Part shown: in pieces, positions 29,158 through 39,327 of the stretch | Numbering within the stretch: position 1 is the stretch's first letter | Layout of the letters: each line of letters opens with the position of its first letter | Virus record (IMG/VR): IMGVR_UViG_3300027861_000011 | Span: 64,001 to 128,000 of that record | DNA: 64,000 nucleotides | Source: a virus | Reading direction: 5' to 3' (one strand) | Notes under the pieces: generated by a model | Database searches by the model: none | What the model saw: only the letters and a program-made list of their open reading frames with translations | Told to the model about the DNA's origin: nothing | Made by a program: the position numbers and the translations under genes

Positions 29158-30258
29158 ATGGCAAAAACACCTAAAAAACCAATTAGTAAAAAGACATTCG
29201 ATTTAAGTTCTTTTAAAAAGAAGAACGGGATGGATATAACAGTAAAAGACAAAGATTTAACTTGGATACCTTTATCAGATTCATTTCATGAAGCACTTAA
29301 GATTCCTGGATTAGCTAGAGGTTATTTCACTAGTTTTAGAGGTTACTCAAACACAGGAAAGTCAACCGCAATATATGAAGCGGCTGCTGGAGCTCAAAAG
29401 ATTGGCGATTTGCCAGTTATAATTGAAACAGAAACAAACTGGTCATGGGAACACGCTAGAAATATTGGGTTACAATTCGAAGAAGTAGTTGACCCAGAAA
29501 CTGGAGAGGTTATAGATTACGAAGGAGATTTTATTTTTCTTAGTGGTGATGACCTTTTAAGTAGATATGAGTGTGTAGATTATTCAAATGGTAAAGAAGG
29601 AACAAAGGTTTTAAGAAGTGAACCGATAATTGAAGACGTTGCAAGACTTATAACGGAATTACTTGACCAGCAAGCAGAAGGAGAATTAGATAGAAATTTA
29701 TGTTTTCTTTGGGATTCAGTAGGTTCCTTAAATGGATTCCAATCAGTAATGTCTAAATCCAATAATAACCAATGGAATGCTGGTTCAATGGAAACGGCAT
29801 TTAAATCACTAGTTAATCATAGAATACCAGCATCTAGGAGAATGGGTAAACCATTTATTAATACTTTTGCTGTTGTTCAAAAGATTTGGTTAGATAATAT
29901 GAATACAGTTATCAAGCACAAAGGTGGAGAAGCATTCTTCTATTCACCAAGAGTTATTGTTCACTTCGGTGGTATATTAACTCACTCAACTGTTAAGTTG
30001 AAAGCAACGTCTGGTGGTGAGACATACCAATTTGGTATTGAAACTAAAGTTAGATGTGAAAAGAATCAAGTTAACGGTGTTGAAGAACATGGTAAGTTAG
30101 CATCAACTCCACATGGCTATTGGAATCCAGCAAAGATTGATGATTATAAAAAGAAACATAAGGATTATATCCTTGAAAGACTTAATACTAATATTGATGA
30201 TTTCATAATTGAAAGAGAAGTCGTAGAAGATTTAAGTCTTGACGATTCGAAAGCGTAG
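29158..30258 (+). CDS. uvsX: RecA/UvsX-like recombinase
   Basis: Walker A GYSNTGKST, Walker B FLWDSVG, and KHKGGEAFFYSPR. Confidence 0.85.
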   Translation: MAKTPKKPISKKTFDLSSFKKKNGMDITVKDKDLTWIPLSDSFHEALKIPGLARGYFTSFRGYSNTGKSTAIYEAAAGAQKIGDLPVIIETETNWSWEHARNIGLQFEEVVDPETGEVIDYEGDFIFLSGDDLLSRYECVDYSNGKEGTKVLRSEPIIEDVARLITELLDQQAEGELDRNLCFLWDSVGSLNGFQSVMSKSNNNQWNAGSMETAFKSLVNHRIPASRRMGKPFINTFAVVQKIWLDNMNTVIKHKGGEAFFYSPRVIVHFGGILTHSTVKLKATSGGETYQFGIETKVRCEKNQVNGVEEHGKLASTPHGYWNPAKIDDYKKKHKDYILERLNTNIDDFIIEREVVEDLSLDDSKA

Positions 30259-30291
30259 TAATAGATTGTTTAACCCTTTAAATGGGCTTAT

Positions 30292-31344
30292 ATGAAAAGG
30301 ACACCACCTAGAAATGGGAATGCAACACATAAACAAAATACTTTACTAGTAGATGGTAATGCCCTTTATAAAAGGGGTTTTATCGGAGCTAGAAATGAGT
30401 ATAATAGAGCTGGCCACCATATTGGCGGTGTTTATCAATTCTTAACCGTACTTAGAAAACTAATTAATGAAGACCTATATCATAAGGTCTTTGTTTTCTG
30501 GGATGGTGAATTTTCTGGTAAATTAAGATGGGATATATATAAAGATTATAAGAGTGGTAGAGGTAAAGATTATATAAATGGGACTAAACCAGATGACTTA
30601 GAGGAAGTTGCACAAAGAGGGGTAGTATTCAACTACCTTGAAGAATTATTTATTAGACAATTAGTTGACGATAAGGTTGAAAGTGACGATTTTATAGCGT
30701 ACTATTGTAATGTGAAGAAGGATGTAGAAAATATTACAGTAGTTACTAGTGATAGAGACCTTACTCAATTAGTTGATGATAATGTCAGAATGTACATGCT
30801 TGATTTAAAAAAGTATATTAACAAGTCTAATTTTAAAGAACAATTTAAATACCATTATGAAAACGTAGCTATAATAAAAATACTTTGTGGAGATGCTAGT
30901 GATAGTATAAAAGGTGTTAAAAGACTTGGTGATACAACACTAATAAAACACTTCCCACAATTAAAGGAAAGAAAGGTTAATTTAGATGAAATTCTTGAAG
31001 GAGCCAAAGTCCAACAACAAGAAAGATTAGATAGTGGTAAAAAGCCATTACAAGTTCTAACCAATATAGTTGATGGTATAACCGATGGTGTACAAGGTAA
31101 TAACTTATACGAAATCAATAAGAGGCTTGTAGACCTCACAATTCCATTATTAACTACAGAAGCTATAGAAGATGTAAATAGTCTCATAGATTCACCCTTA
31201 AGTGATGACAGAACGATTAAGAACGCTTATAAGATGCTTAAAGATGATGGAATAGATATAATGCTAGGTGAAAGCCGATATAATGAATATCTTTTACCTT
31301 TCAAAAAATTAATGGAAAGAGAAAAGAAGAATAATATTTTATAA
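30292..31344 (+). CDS. 5'-3' flap exonuclease (T4 RNase H / PolI 5' domain-like)
   Basis: LLVDGN, VFWDG, YKSGR, VESDDFIA, VTSDRDLTQL and LCGDASDSIKGVKRLG. Confidence 0.9.
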   Translation: MKRTPPRNGNATHKQNTLLVDGNALYKRGFIGARNEYNRAGHHIGGVYQFLTVLRKLINEDLYHKVFVFWDGEFSGKLRWDIYKDYKSGRGKDYINGTKPDDLEEVAQRGVVFNYLEELFIRQLVDDKVESDDFIAYYCNVKKDVENITVVTSDRDLTQLVDDNVRMYMLDLKKYINKSNFKEQFKYHYENVAIIKILCGDASDSIKGVKRLGDTTLIKHFPQLKERKVNLDEILEGAKVQQQERLDSGKKPLQVLTNIVDGITDGVQGNNLYEINKRLVDLTIPLLTTEAIEDVNSLIDSPLSDDRTIKNAYKMLKDDGIDIMLGESRYNEYLLPFKKLMEREKKNNIL

Positions 31345-31356
31345 AAAAAAATAACT

Positions 31357-31914
31357 ATGAGTAATTACAAAGTAAAAAAGAAGAATTTTTGGGATAATTT
31401 CAGATTTGAATTTGTCCTTTACATTAATGAGCAAGTTAAAAGAGAAGATGGTAGAAACCGACCAATAATATGTCAAAGGTTATTTGATGTAAAGGGGTTT
31501 AATGAAGATTCATTAAACTCTATTGAGTTGAAAGAGTTAATGGATGAATTAACATCTATTACAAGTCCAGGAATGGGTGTTATACCGAAGTTTCTTAAAG
31601 CTACATCTAAAAAACATTGTTGGGCAACTTATAAACCATGGAGTGTTGTTGATAATAATGATATAACTAATATTTTTGAAGATGAAGATATATTCACGTT
31701 CGAAATTAAGGTTGATAAAAGAGTAGTGGCTAAAAGTCAATTCTCTGGTAATTGGTTTCAAAGAGATGTTAGATATAACGTAAATATTAGGGATATTATT
31801 CCAGCAGTTATAAGTGAAATTGAAGAATATCTTAGTAGAGATGAATATACAAGTACGTATGAAGGATATGATTTAAAAAATGTCATGGCAGACCATGATT
31901 TTGGTAGAGTGTAG
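31357..31914 (+). CDS. Hypothetical protein in replication operon
   Basis: 185-aa ORF co-oriented between exonuclease and helicase. Confidence 0.75.
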   Translation: MSNYKVKKKNFWDNFRFEFVLYINEQVKREDGRNRPIICQRLFDVKGFNEDSLNSIELKELMDELTSITSPGMGVIPKFLKATSKKHCWATYKPWSVVDNNDITNIFEDEDIFTFEIKVDKRVVAKSQFSGNWFQRDVRYNVNIRDIIPAVISEIEEYLSRDEYTSTYEGYDLKNVMADHDFGRV

Positions 31915-31943
31915 TATATTTATTTAAAAGAGTTTCAATTATA

Positions 31944-33368
31944 ATGGGTAAAATTAGTAAAGATAGTTTAGGGTATTTAGGGTTAGATTTTCAGTATCGA
32001 CTTATACAACAAATGTTAGTTGACCGAAAGTTCGGTGAGTCAATAATGGATATTCTAAAACCTAATTACTTTGAAGATAGTTTCTTAAGGACTACTTCAG
32101 CGAAAATAAAAGATAATTACGATAAATATGAGTCGATTCCAGATGTAAATAATCTAGAATCTACAATATTAGGTGCTGTATCTGACGATATTGATAAACA
32201 AATGTATTTAGAACAGTTCAATAGAATAAAAAATGCTGAATTGAACAATGGATTGCAAATCCAAGATACAGCAATGAAATTTTGTAAACAACAAGAATTA
32301 AAAAAATCAGTTAGAGACATTCAACAAATCATAGATAAAGGAGATTTAGAAGATTATCATATGTGTGAAGAAATCCTTAAAAAAGCCCTAGAAGTTGGTA
32401 ATACAAAGGATGATGGTATTGATGTATTTCATGATATCGAGAATGTAATGTCTGAAGATTTCAGAAGCCCAATTCCTACTGGAATTAATGGGTTAGATGC
32501 CTATATGGATGGTGGTCTATCTAAGGGTGAGTTAGCTGTTATCTTAGCTCCTTTTGGGGTTGGTAAGACAACTATCATGACTAAGATAGGTAACAACGCT
32601 AAGAATGTAGGAAATAACGTCTTACAGATATTTTTCGAAGACAACCCAAAGGTAATCCAAAGAAAACATTTAACATGTTGGATGGATGGTAAATATTCAC
32701 TTAATGAGTTATCTGAAAATAATGTAGAAATTCTTGCTAACGCCACAATTAAACAATCGCAACCAGGTAAGATTCAATTAAAGAAGTTTCCTAGTGATGG
32801 AACTACAATACCAATGATAAAACAATATATAAAGAAATTAATATCTCAAGGTTTTAGACCAGATATAGTTTTATTAGATTATATTGATTGTGTAGTACCA
32901 ACTAAAACATTCAAAGATGAATATGCTGGTGAAGGAAATGTAATGAGACAATTCGAAACAATGCTTGATGAGTTAGATATTGCTGGTTGGACTGCCGTAC
33001 AAGGTAATAGAAGTTCTATTAACGCTGAAACAGTTGATGCAAGTATGATTGGTGGTTCTATTAAGAAAGGTCAAATTGGACACTTTATACTTTCAATAGC
33101 TAAATCATTAGACCAAAAAGAAAATGGTCGTGCTAATATGGCAATTCTTAAATCTAGATTTGGTAAAGATGGGATTGTATTCGAAGATATAGTATTTGAT
33201 AACGGCACTTTAGTTATTGACATTACCGAGAATGAACAAAGAGGTAAAACATTCTTACAAGCTGAAGAAGTTAAGGTTGAGAGAAATCAAAACAGAGTTA
33301 CTGAAGTTTTTGATGCAATGCAAAAAAAGAAAGATGAAGATTATCAAAGCGGTATAACTAATAATTAA
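31944..33368 (+). CDS. dnaB: Replicative DnaB/gp41-like helicase
   Basis: Walker A LAPFGVGKTT, LLDYID, AVQGNR and ILKSRFG. Confidence 0.9.
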   Translation: MGKISKDSLGYLGLDFQYRLIQQMLVDRKFGESIMDILKPNYFEDSFLRTTSAKIKDNYDKYESIPDVNNLESTILGAVSDDIDKQMYLEQFNRIKNAELNNGLQIQDTAMKFCKQQELKKSVRDIQQIIDKGDLEDYHMCEEILKKALEVGNTKDDGIDVFHDIENVMSEDFRSPIPTGINGLDAYMDGGLSKGELAVILAPFGVGKTTIMTKIGNNAKNVGNNVLQIFFEDNPKVIQRKHLTCWMDGKYSLNELSENNVEILANATIKQSQPGKIQLKKFPSDGTTIPMIKQYIKKLISQGFRPDIVLLDYIDCVVPTKTFKDEYAGEGNVMRQFETMLDELDIAGWTAVQGNRSSINAETVDASMIGGSIKKGQIGHFILSIAKSLDQKENGRANMAILKSRFGKDGIVFEDIVFDNGTLVIDITENEQRGKTFLQAEEVKVERNQNRVTEVFDAMQKKKDEDYQSGITNN

Positions 33369-33394
33369 GTAATTAAGTAATTAAATAATTAAAT

Positions 33395-34354
33395 ATGTAT
33401 TTAAAAAATTCAGATACGGAAAAGAGATATTCTATTTTTCCAATTAAAAATCAAGATTTATGGGATGCTTATAAAGCAGCTGAAAAACAAACTTGGGTAG
33501 CAGAGGAGATAGATTTAGCGCAAGATAAATATGAGGATTTAAATGATGATGAAAAATTTTATTTAAAGAATATATTAGCCTTTTTTACTATTTCAGATGG
33601 TTTAGTTATAGATAATCTTTGTGATAATGTAATCGACAATATAGATATTTCAGAAGCTAAATATTATTATAATCACCAAATGTTTATTGAGCAAGTACAT
33701 GCTAATGGATATTCTCTATTAATCGATACGTATATCAAAGACAATAAAGAGAAAGAAGATTTATTTAATTCTATGATAACTAACGATGCTGTAAGGGCTA
33801 AAGCGTCATGGGCTGAGAATTGGTTAAACAATGGAACATTTGTAGAAAAGTTAATTGCTTTTGCTTGTGTTGAAGGTATTGCATTTTCATCAGTATTTGC
33901 TGGAGTTTTTTGGTTTAGAAGTAGAAATAAAATGCCAGGTTTAGGTGAAATGAACGAACTCATCTTAAGAGATGAATCTTTTCATTATGAATTTGCATTA
34001 CAAATGTTTAATAATTATGTTAAGGATGATTATAAACCTTCTAAAGAAAAAATTAAGGAAGTAATTTTATCTTGTTTTGAAACTGAGAGAAAGTTTGTTG
34101 AAGAGAGCTTACCAGATGGTCTACAAGGAATGAGTAAAGATATGATGATGGGATATGTTGAGTTTGTTACTGATATTGTATTAAATGATTTTATAGGTGA
34201 AACTAAATTTAATACTAAGAACCCCCTTGATTTTATGAAAAAGATAGGTCTATCATCTAAGAATAACTTTTTCGAAAGAAGAACTGGAGGTGGATACACC
34301 AGAGTTGACATACCAACAACTAATGATGGAATTTTTGATGATGACGATTTTTAA
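33395..34354 (+). CDS. nrdB: Class Ia ribonucleotide reductase beta subunit
   Basis: All diiron ligands are present (SDG, EQVH, VEG, RDESFH), plus the radical Tyr (HANGY) and NNFFERR. Confidence 0.95.
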   Translation: MYLKNSDTEKRYSIFPIKNQDLWDAYKAAEKQTWVAEEIDLAQDKYEDLNDDEKFYLKNILAFFTISDGLVIDNLCDNVIDNIDISEAKYYYNHQMFIEQVHANGYSLLIDTYIKDNKEKEDLFNSMITNDAVRAKASWAENWLNNGTFVEKLIAFACVEGIAFSSVFAGVFWFRSRNKMPGLGEMNELILRDESFHYEFALQMFNNYVKDDYKPSKEKIKEVILSCFETERKFVEESLPDGLQGMSKDMMMGYVEFVTDIVLNDFIGETKFNTKNPLDFMKKIGLSSKNNFFERRTGGGYTRVDIPTTNDGIFDDDDF

Positions 34355-34378
34355 ATATAAAGATAAAAAAAGAAAGAT

Positions 34379-36547
34379 ATGAAAATTATAAAAAGAGACG
34401 GAAGTAAACAATCTTTCATGCCAAATAAAATACTCGTTAGGTTAAGGCAACAATCTAAAGATTTAAATGTTAAACCCGATAAGTTATTTCAGAAAGTTAT
34501 ACCACATATAAAGGATGGAATGACAGCTACTGATATAGATGAAATAATTGCATTTCAATCAGCTGATTTACAAATCGAACATCCAGATTACGCTATATTA
34601 GGTGGTAGAATTCTTATATCTAGACAAGCTAAGATATTAGAAGTTGAAACTAAAGAAGTTGATGAGAAGTTTGATTCATTTGCCGCATCTACATTTTTAA
34701 AGAAATATTCTGAAAAGGATGATAAAGGGGTTCCAATTGAGATTCCATCTATGATGCATAACAGAGTAGCAAATCATCTTTACCCAGATTCATTTAAAGA
34801 TAGAAGAAAACTTTTAAATGAACTATATGAAAAGAAAATTAATTTTGCTACACCGATATTAAGTAATTCTGGTATTGAGGGTAGAAACGGTCTTATTAGT
34901 TGTAATCTAACAACTCTTATGGATGATAGTATTGAAGGTATTAATGAGACACTAGATAAAATCTCACATGGTTCAAAAGAAGGTTCTGGAATAGGACTTT
35001 GTATTGATAGATTAAGAAGTTCTAGTAGTTTAGTTAGTAGCTTCAAAGGTTACGCTGGTGGTGTAATTAGATTTGCTGATATGGTACAGTCTCACATGAG
35101 ATTTTATAAGCAAGGTAATAGGTCTGGTAGTTGTGCTTTATATTTATCTACTTGGCATAAGGATATATTATCATTTTTAGAATTAAGACTCCCAATTGGT
35201 GAAGAATTAAATAGAGCTAGGGATTTATTTACAGCTGTAACTATTGATGATGTATTTATGGATGCTTTAACAAATGAAACACCGTATTACTTATTTTGTC
35301 CTAACGATTTAAAGAAAGCTGGATTAAAACCATTATATGAGATACATGGTGAAGAATTTAAAGATGTTTACAATGAAGCTATTGAATTAGGTTTAGGTGA
35401 TAAAGTTGAACCTAAGAAAATATGGGATGCCATTATACGTTCACAAGTTGAAAGTGGTACACCATATGTATTCTATAAGGATAACGCAAATAAGGTTAAT
35501 ATGCAAGATAATATCGGTATAATTAACCAGTCTAATTTATGTATAGAAATTATGCAAGCTAGTAAACCAACATACACACCACAATGTACTTTAGCTTCAG
35601 TTAATTTATCCGAACATGAGACATTAAAGAGTATTGGTAAATCAACTAAGGTTTTAGTTAGAGCTCTAAACAAAGTTATTGATAATAATAAATGGTCTGA
35701 CGATTGGAGTAAAAATGCTGGGGTAGACCAAAGAGCTATTGCTATTGGTGTTGCTGGGTTAGCTGATTTCTTTGCTAAGAAGAAGATATCTTTTGAAAGT
35801 GATGAAGCGAAGAAATGGAATGAAGACATTTTTGAAATAATGTATAAATCTGCACTTGAAGAAAGTAGTTTATTAGCTATTGAAGAAGATGAAAATTATC
35901 CAGCTTGGGAAGGTAGTAAATATAGTAGAGGTGAGACTTATATAGAAGGATGGTCACCAGTAGAACCTGGAGAACCAATTCCAATGCGTAACTCATTATT
36001 AATAGCTTTAATGCCTACAGCTTCAAGCGCAATCTTATTAGGTGCTTTTGAATGTTTCGAACCAGTAACTTCTAACGTATTTACTAGGATGGTTGGTGAT
36101 GGTGAGTTTATTGTCGTAAACAAATATCTAGTAAGAGAATTAGTTGAGTTAGATTTATGGAATGAAGAGATACGTGATGCTATTATTTCTAACGAAGGTA
36201 GTATTCAAGACATACAAATAATACCAGAAGATATTAGATATCGTTATAAAACTGTTTGGGAAGTACCTCAAAAAGTATTATTAGAATTAGCTATAATTAG
36301 AAATAAATTTGTAGACCAATCACAAAGCATGAATGTATATCATAGAGATGCTAAATATAGTAAAATATCTAGTGCTTTAGTATTTGCTTGGAAGAATGGT
36401 TTAAAAACTGGTTCTTATTATACCAGAACTGAATCTAAGTTAGGTAAAAACAAAAAATTATCCGCATCTGATAATATATCAGCTAATCTAGTTAAAAAGC
36501 CAGAGAACTCAATGTTTAGTTGTGAAGGTGGTGGTTGCGATGCTTAG
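34379..36547 (+). CDS. nrdA: Class Ia ribonucleotide reductase alpha subunit with ATP cone
   Basis: IIKRDG ATP cone, SCNL, SNLCIEI, QCTLAS, PTASS, GSYY and C-terminal CEGGGC. Confidence 0.95.
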   Translation: MKIIKRDGSKQSFMPNKILVRLRQQSKDLNVKPDKLFQKVIPHIKDGMTATDIDEIIAFQSADLQIEHPDYAILGGRILISRQAKILEVETKEVDEKFDSFAASTFLKKYSEKDDKGVPIEIPSMMHNRVANHLYPDSFKDRRKLLNELYEKKINFATPILSNSGIEGRNGLISCNLTTLMDDSIEGINETLDKISHGSKEGSGIGLCIDRLRSSSSLVSSFKGYAGGVIRFADMVQSHMRFYKQGNRSGSCALYLSTWHKDILSFLELRLPIGEELNRARDLFTAVTIDDVFMDALTNETPYYLFCPNDLKKAGLKPLYEIHGEEFKDVYNEAIELGLGDKVEPKKIWDAIIRSQVESGTPYVFYKDNANKVNMQDNIGIINQSNLCIEIMQASKPTYTPQCTLASVNLSEHETLKSIGKSTKVLVRALNKVIDNNKWSDDWSKNAGVDQRAIAIGVAGLADFFAKKKISFESDEAKKWNEDIFEIMYKSALEESSLLAIEEDENYPAWEGSKYSRGETYIEGWSPVEPGEPIPMRNSLLIALMPTASSAILLGAFECFEPVTSNVFTRMVGDGEFIVVNKYLVRELVELDLWNEEIRDAIISNEGSIQDIQIIPEDIRYRYKTVWEVPQKVLLELAIIRNKFVDQSQSMNVYHRDAKYSKISSALVFAWKNGLKTGSYYTRTESKLGKNKKLSASDNISANLVKKPENSMFSCEGGGCDA

Positions 36548-36580
36548 GGTGTGATACTTAAATAGAGAATTAATTTAAAT

Positions 36581-36614
36581 AAAAAAGGGGATTTCGAAAG
36601 ATTTCCCCTTTTTT
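36581..36614. terminator. Probably bidirectional intrinsic terminator
   Basis: A6-GGGGATTTC-GAAA-GATTTCCCC-T6 (two T.T mismatches). Confidence 0.7.
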
Positions 36615-36675
36615 ATTTACACTATTTATTTTCGAAAAAGATTTATTATAATATTTATCTAATAAAGAAAGTAAT

Positions 36676-37065
36676 ATGGCTGGTAATGGTAAATTTATAA
36701 ATATTGCGTTTCCGTTTAAGGAAAGTAGTAGAGGTGACTTTTTAGAACTTAATAATATCGATAAATACGCAATTAAATCTGATTTATTACATTTACTATT
36801 AACCAGGAAGGGTGAACGACTATATTTACCAGATTTTGGTACAGACCTCATTAAATACATTTTTGAATTAAATGATGAAACTACTAAAAATAATATGAAA
36901 AAAGATATTAGCGCAACTGTTATAAAATATTTACCTAATTTACAAATAGATGAAATAACTGTAAAAGAAAATGAACTAAGTGAATATGGTGTTACAGTTA
37001 AAATTGATTATACAATAACAGAAGATGTGTTTAAAGAAACTGACTTCGTAATTATAGAATTATAA
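36676..37065 (+). CDS. Baseplate wedge protein gp25/gpW-like
   Basis: IKSDLLHLLLTRKGERLYLPDFGTDL...KYLP. Confidence 0.9.
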   Translation: MAGNGKFINIAFPFKESSRGDFLELNNIDKYAIKSDLLHLLLTRKGERLYLPDFGTDLIKYIFELNDETTKNNMKKDISATVIKYLPNLQIDEITVKENELSEYGVTVKIDYTITEDVFKETDFVIIEL

Positions 37066-37075
37066 AAAAAATATT

Positions 37076-38893
37076 ATGGCACAAAAAATAAATTACTATT
37101 CTAGGAACTTTGCAGATGTAAGGTCAGAATTAATTAATTACGTAAGAGAATATTATCCAGATATTTTTAACGATTTTAATGATGCCTCTGTTGGTATGAT
37201 GCTTTTAGAACTTAACGCTGCCGTTGGGGATATGCTTTCGTTTCAAACGGACAGAATGTTCCAAGAAACTCAAATTGATTTCGCACAAGAAAGAAGCTCC
37301 ATCTTATCAATGGCTAGAACATTCGGACTTAAAATACCAGGTAAAAGACCTTCTGTTACGTTATGTGATTTTTCAGTTGTTGTACCAGTGTTTGGTGATA
37401 CTTTTAATATTCAATACGCACCAATTATTAGAAGAGGAGCACAAGTTAGTGGTTCAGGGAAAGTATTTGAAGCTTTAGATGAAATTGATTTTTCATCACC
37501 ATTTAATAATAGTGGAGTCCCAAATCAATTAGTAGTTCCAAATTTAGATTCTAATGGTACAATAATTAATTATACCCTAACTAAAAGGGAATTAGTTACT
37601 AACGGTACAACAAAAATAATGAAAAGAATTACTAATAGTAGTGATGTTAGACCATTCTTAGAAGTATTACTCCCAGAAGATAATGTATTATCGATTAACT
37701 CAATAATCATGCTTGAGGGTACTAATTATTCAACAAATCCACCTACTGGTCAATTCTATAACGAAAACTTAAGGTGGTTTGAAGTTAATGCATTAGCTGA
37801 TGACATTGTTTTTATTAAAGATAATACCATAATTAGTGACGATTCAGCAGTAAGTCCAGGTAAATTTAAAAAAATAAATCAAAGGTTTATCAGAGAATAT
37901 ACAGATAAAGGGTTTACTAAAATTATATTTGGTGGAGGTTCCCAAGATATAAGTGAGTTATGCGAATTTGACGTTAATAAATCACTTGTTAATCGAGTAG
38001 GTGATTTTATCAATAACCTTTCATTAGGTATTACACCATCAGCCAATCAAACAATGTTTATTTCTTATAGAATTGGTGGTGGAGCTTCAACTAATATTGG
38101 TCCCAATGTAATTAAAACAGTTTCAACTGTTGACATGGTGGTTAATGGTCCTAATAACTTAGTAAATCAAAAAGTAATTAATTCTCTTTCAGTTAATAAT
38201 CCAATACCAGCATTAGGCGGTAAAGATGAACCCTCTATTGAAGAATTAAGAAATCTTGTTAGATATAATTTTGCATCACAAGAAAGGTGTGTAACGATTG
38301 AAGATTATAAAGTTAGAATAGGACTTATGCCAGGTGAATTTGGTATTCCATTTAGAAATAATGTAATGGAGATTCAAAATAAGATTAAAATTTTCATACT
38401 TACACTTGATGAGAATGGTCAACTAAGTACTAATACAACTACAACACTTAAAGATAATATAACAACATATTTATCTGACTACAGAATGCTTAATGATTAT
38501 GTTGAAGTATCTAACGGAAAAGTGTATAATTTAGGTTTTGAAGTAGATTTATTTACTGATTCACAGTTTTCAAAATCAGAAATTATGACACAAGTCATTA
38601 CAACAATTACAAGTTATTTTGATATTAATAAATGGGGTATGGGTGAAAATATATACATGGCCCAATTAATTGAATTAGTTAATAATGTACCAGGTGTATT
38701 AAATGTAACTGACTTAAGAATTTATAATAAGGTTGGTCAAGGTAAGTATTCATCTAATGAAATACCACAACCATATATCGATGAAGCAACAAGACAAATT
38801 GACTTATTAGGTGACTATACACTTTTCGGTGACCCAGTAGGTATGTTTGAGATTAAGTTTCCAGATACAGATATTAAAGTAAGGGTGAAGTAA
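37076..38893 (+). CDS. Baseplate wedge protein gp6/J-like
   Basis: YSRNFADVRSEL, FNDASVGMMLLELNA, AQERSSILSMA, YRIGGG and ASQERCVTIEDY. Confidence 0.9.
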   Translation: MAQKINYYSRNFADVRSELINYVREYYPDIFNDFNDASVGMMLLELNAAVGDMLSFQTDRMFQETQIDFAQERSSILSMARTFGLKIPGKRPSVTLCDFSVVVPVFGDTFNIQYAPIIRRGAQVSGSGKVFEALDEIDFSSPFNNSGVPNQLVVPNLDSNGTIINYTLTKRELVTNGTTKIMKRITNSSDVRPFLEVLLPEDNVLSINSIIMLEGTNYSTNPPTGQFYNENLRWFEVNALADDIVFIKDNTIISDDSAVSPGKFKKINQRFIREYTDKGFTKIIFGGGSQDISELCEFDVNKSLVNRVGDFINNLSLGITPSANQTMFISYRIGGGASTNIGPNVIKTVSTVDMVVNGPNNLVNQKVINSLSVNNPIPALGGKDEPSIEELRNLVRYNFASQERCVTIEDYKVRIGLMPGEFGIPFRNNVMEIQNKIKIFILTLDENGQLSTNTTTTLKDNITTYLSDYRMLNDYVEVSNGKVYNLGFEVDLFTDSQFSKSEIMTQVITTITSYFDINKWGMGENIYMAQLIELVNNVPGVLNVTDLRIYNKVGQGKYSSNEIPQPYIDEATRQIDLLGDYTLFGDPVGMFEIKFPDTDIKVRVK

Positions 38894-38938
38894 CCTTCAC
38901 TTTATCATAAATTTTTATTATATTTAAATAAAAAAAAT

Positions 38939-39307
38939 ATGAGTTGTAATAGTTGTAAAAATAGTAGTAATGTTACTAATCTTGGTGGGCTCTCCATACC
39001 AACAGATAATAGTGAAAAAAGTGTTGGGGTTAAAATATTAATATTTACAGTTAAGATTATGTTATTCTTAATAGCTTCAGTTATCTTAATAATAACTGTA
39101 ATCCCCTTTAGTATTTATTTATTAGTAAAGGTAATTTTCTTTGATGGTAGATTAGATATTGGAAGTTTTATAGGTATGATAAGTAATCATTTTAAAAATA
39201 AAAGAGAAGAAAAGAAATATAAAAAAGAGTCAATAAATGAAAATGATGATGAAGATGATGAAGACGATTATGAGGATGATTATAGTGATATTGATGAAAT
39301 AAAATAG
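38939..39307 (+). CDS. Small membrane protein with N-terminal CxxC and acidic tail
   Basis: MSCNSCK, a ~38-aa hydrophobic stretch and a Asp/Glu-rich C-terminus. Confidence 0.7.
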   Translation: MSCNSCKNSSNVTNLGGLSIPTDNSEKSVGVKILIFTVKIMLFLIASVILIITVIPFSIYLLVKVIFFDGRLDIGSFIGMISNHFKNKREEKKYKKESINENDDEDDEDDYEDDYSDIDEIK

Positions 39308-39327
39308 GAATAAAGATAGTTATATGT

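Noticed and set aside
29158-36547. Inteins or group I introns in recA, helicase or nrdAB
   Set aside because: Lengths are ordinary, catalytic motifs are contiguous, and no C/S...HN-C/S/T splice junctions or intervening endonucleases are apparent.
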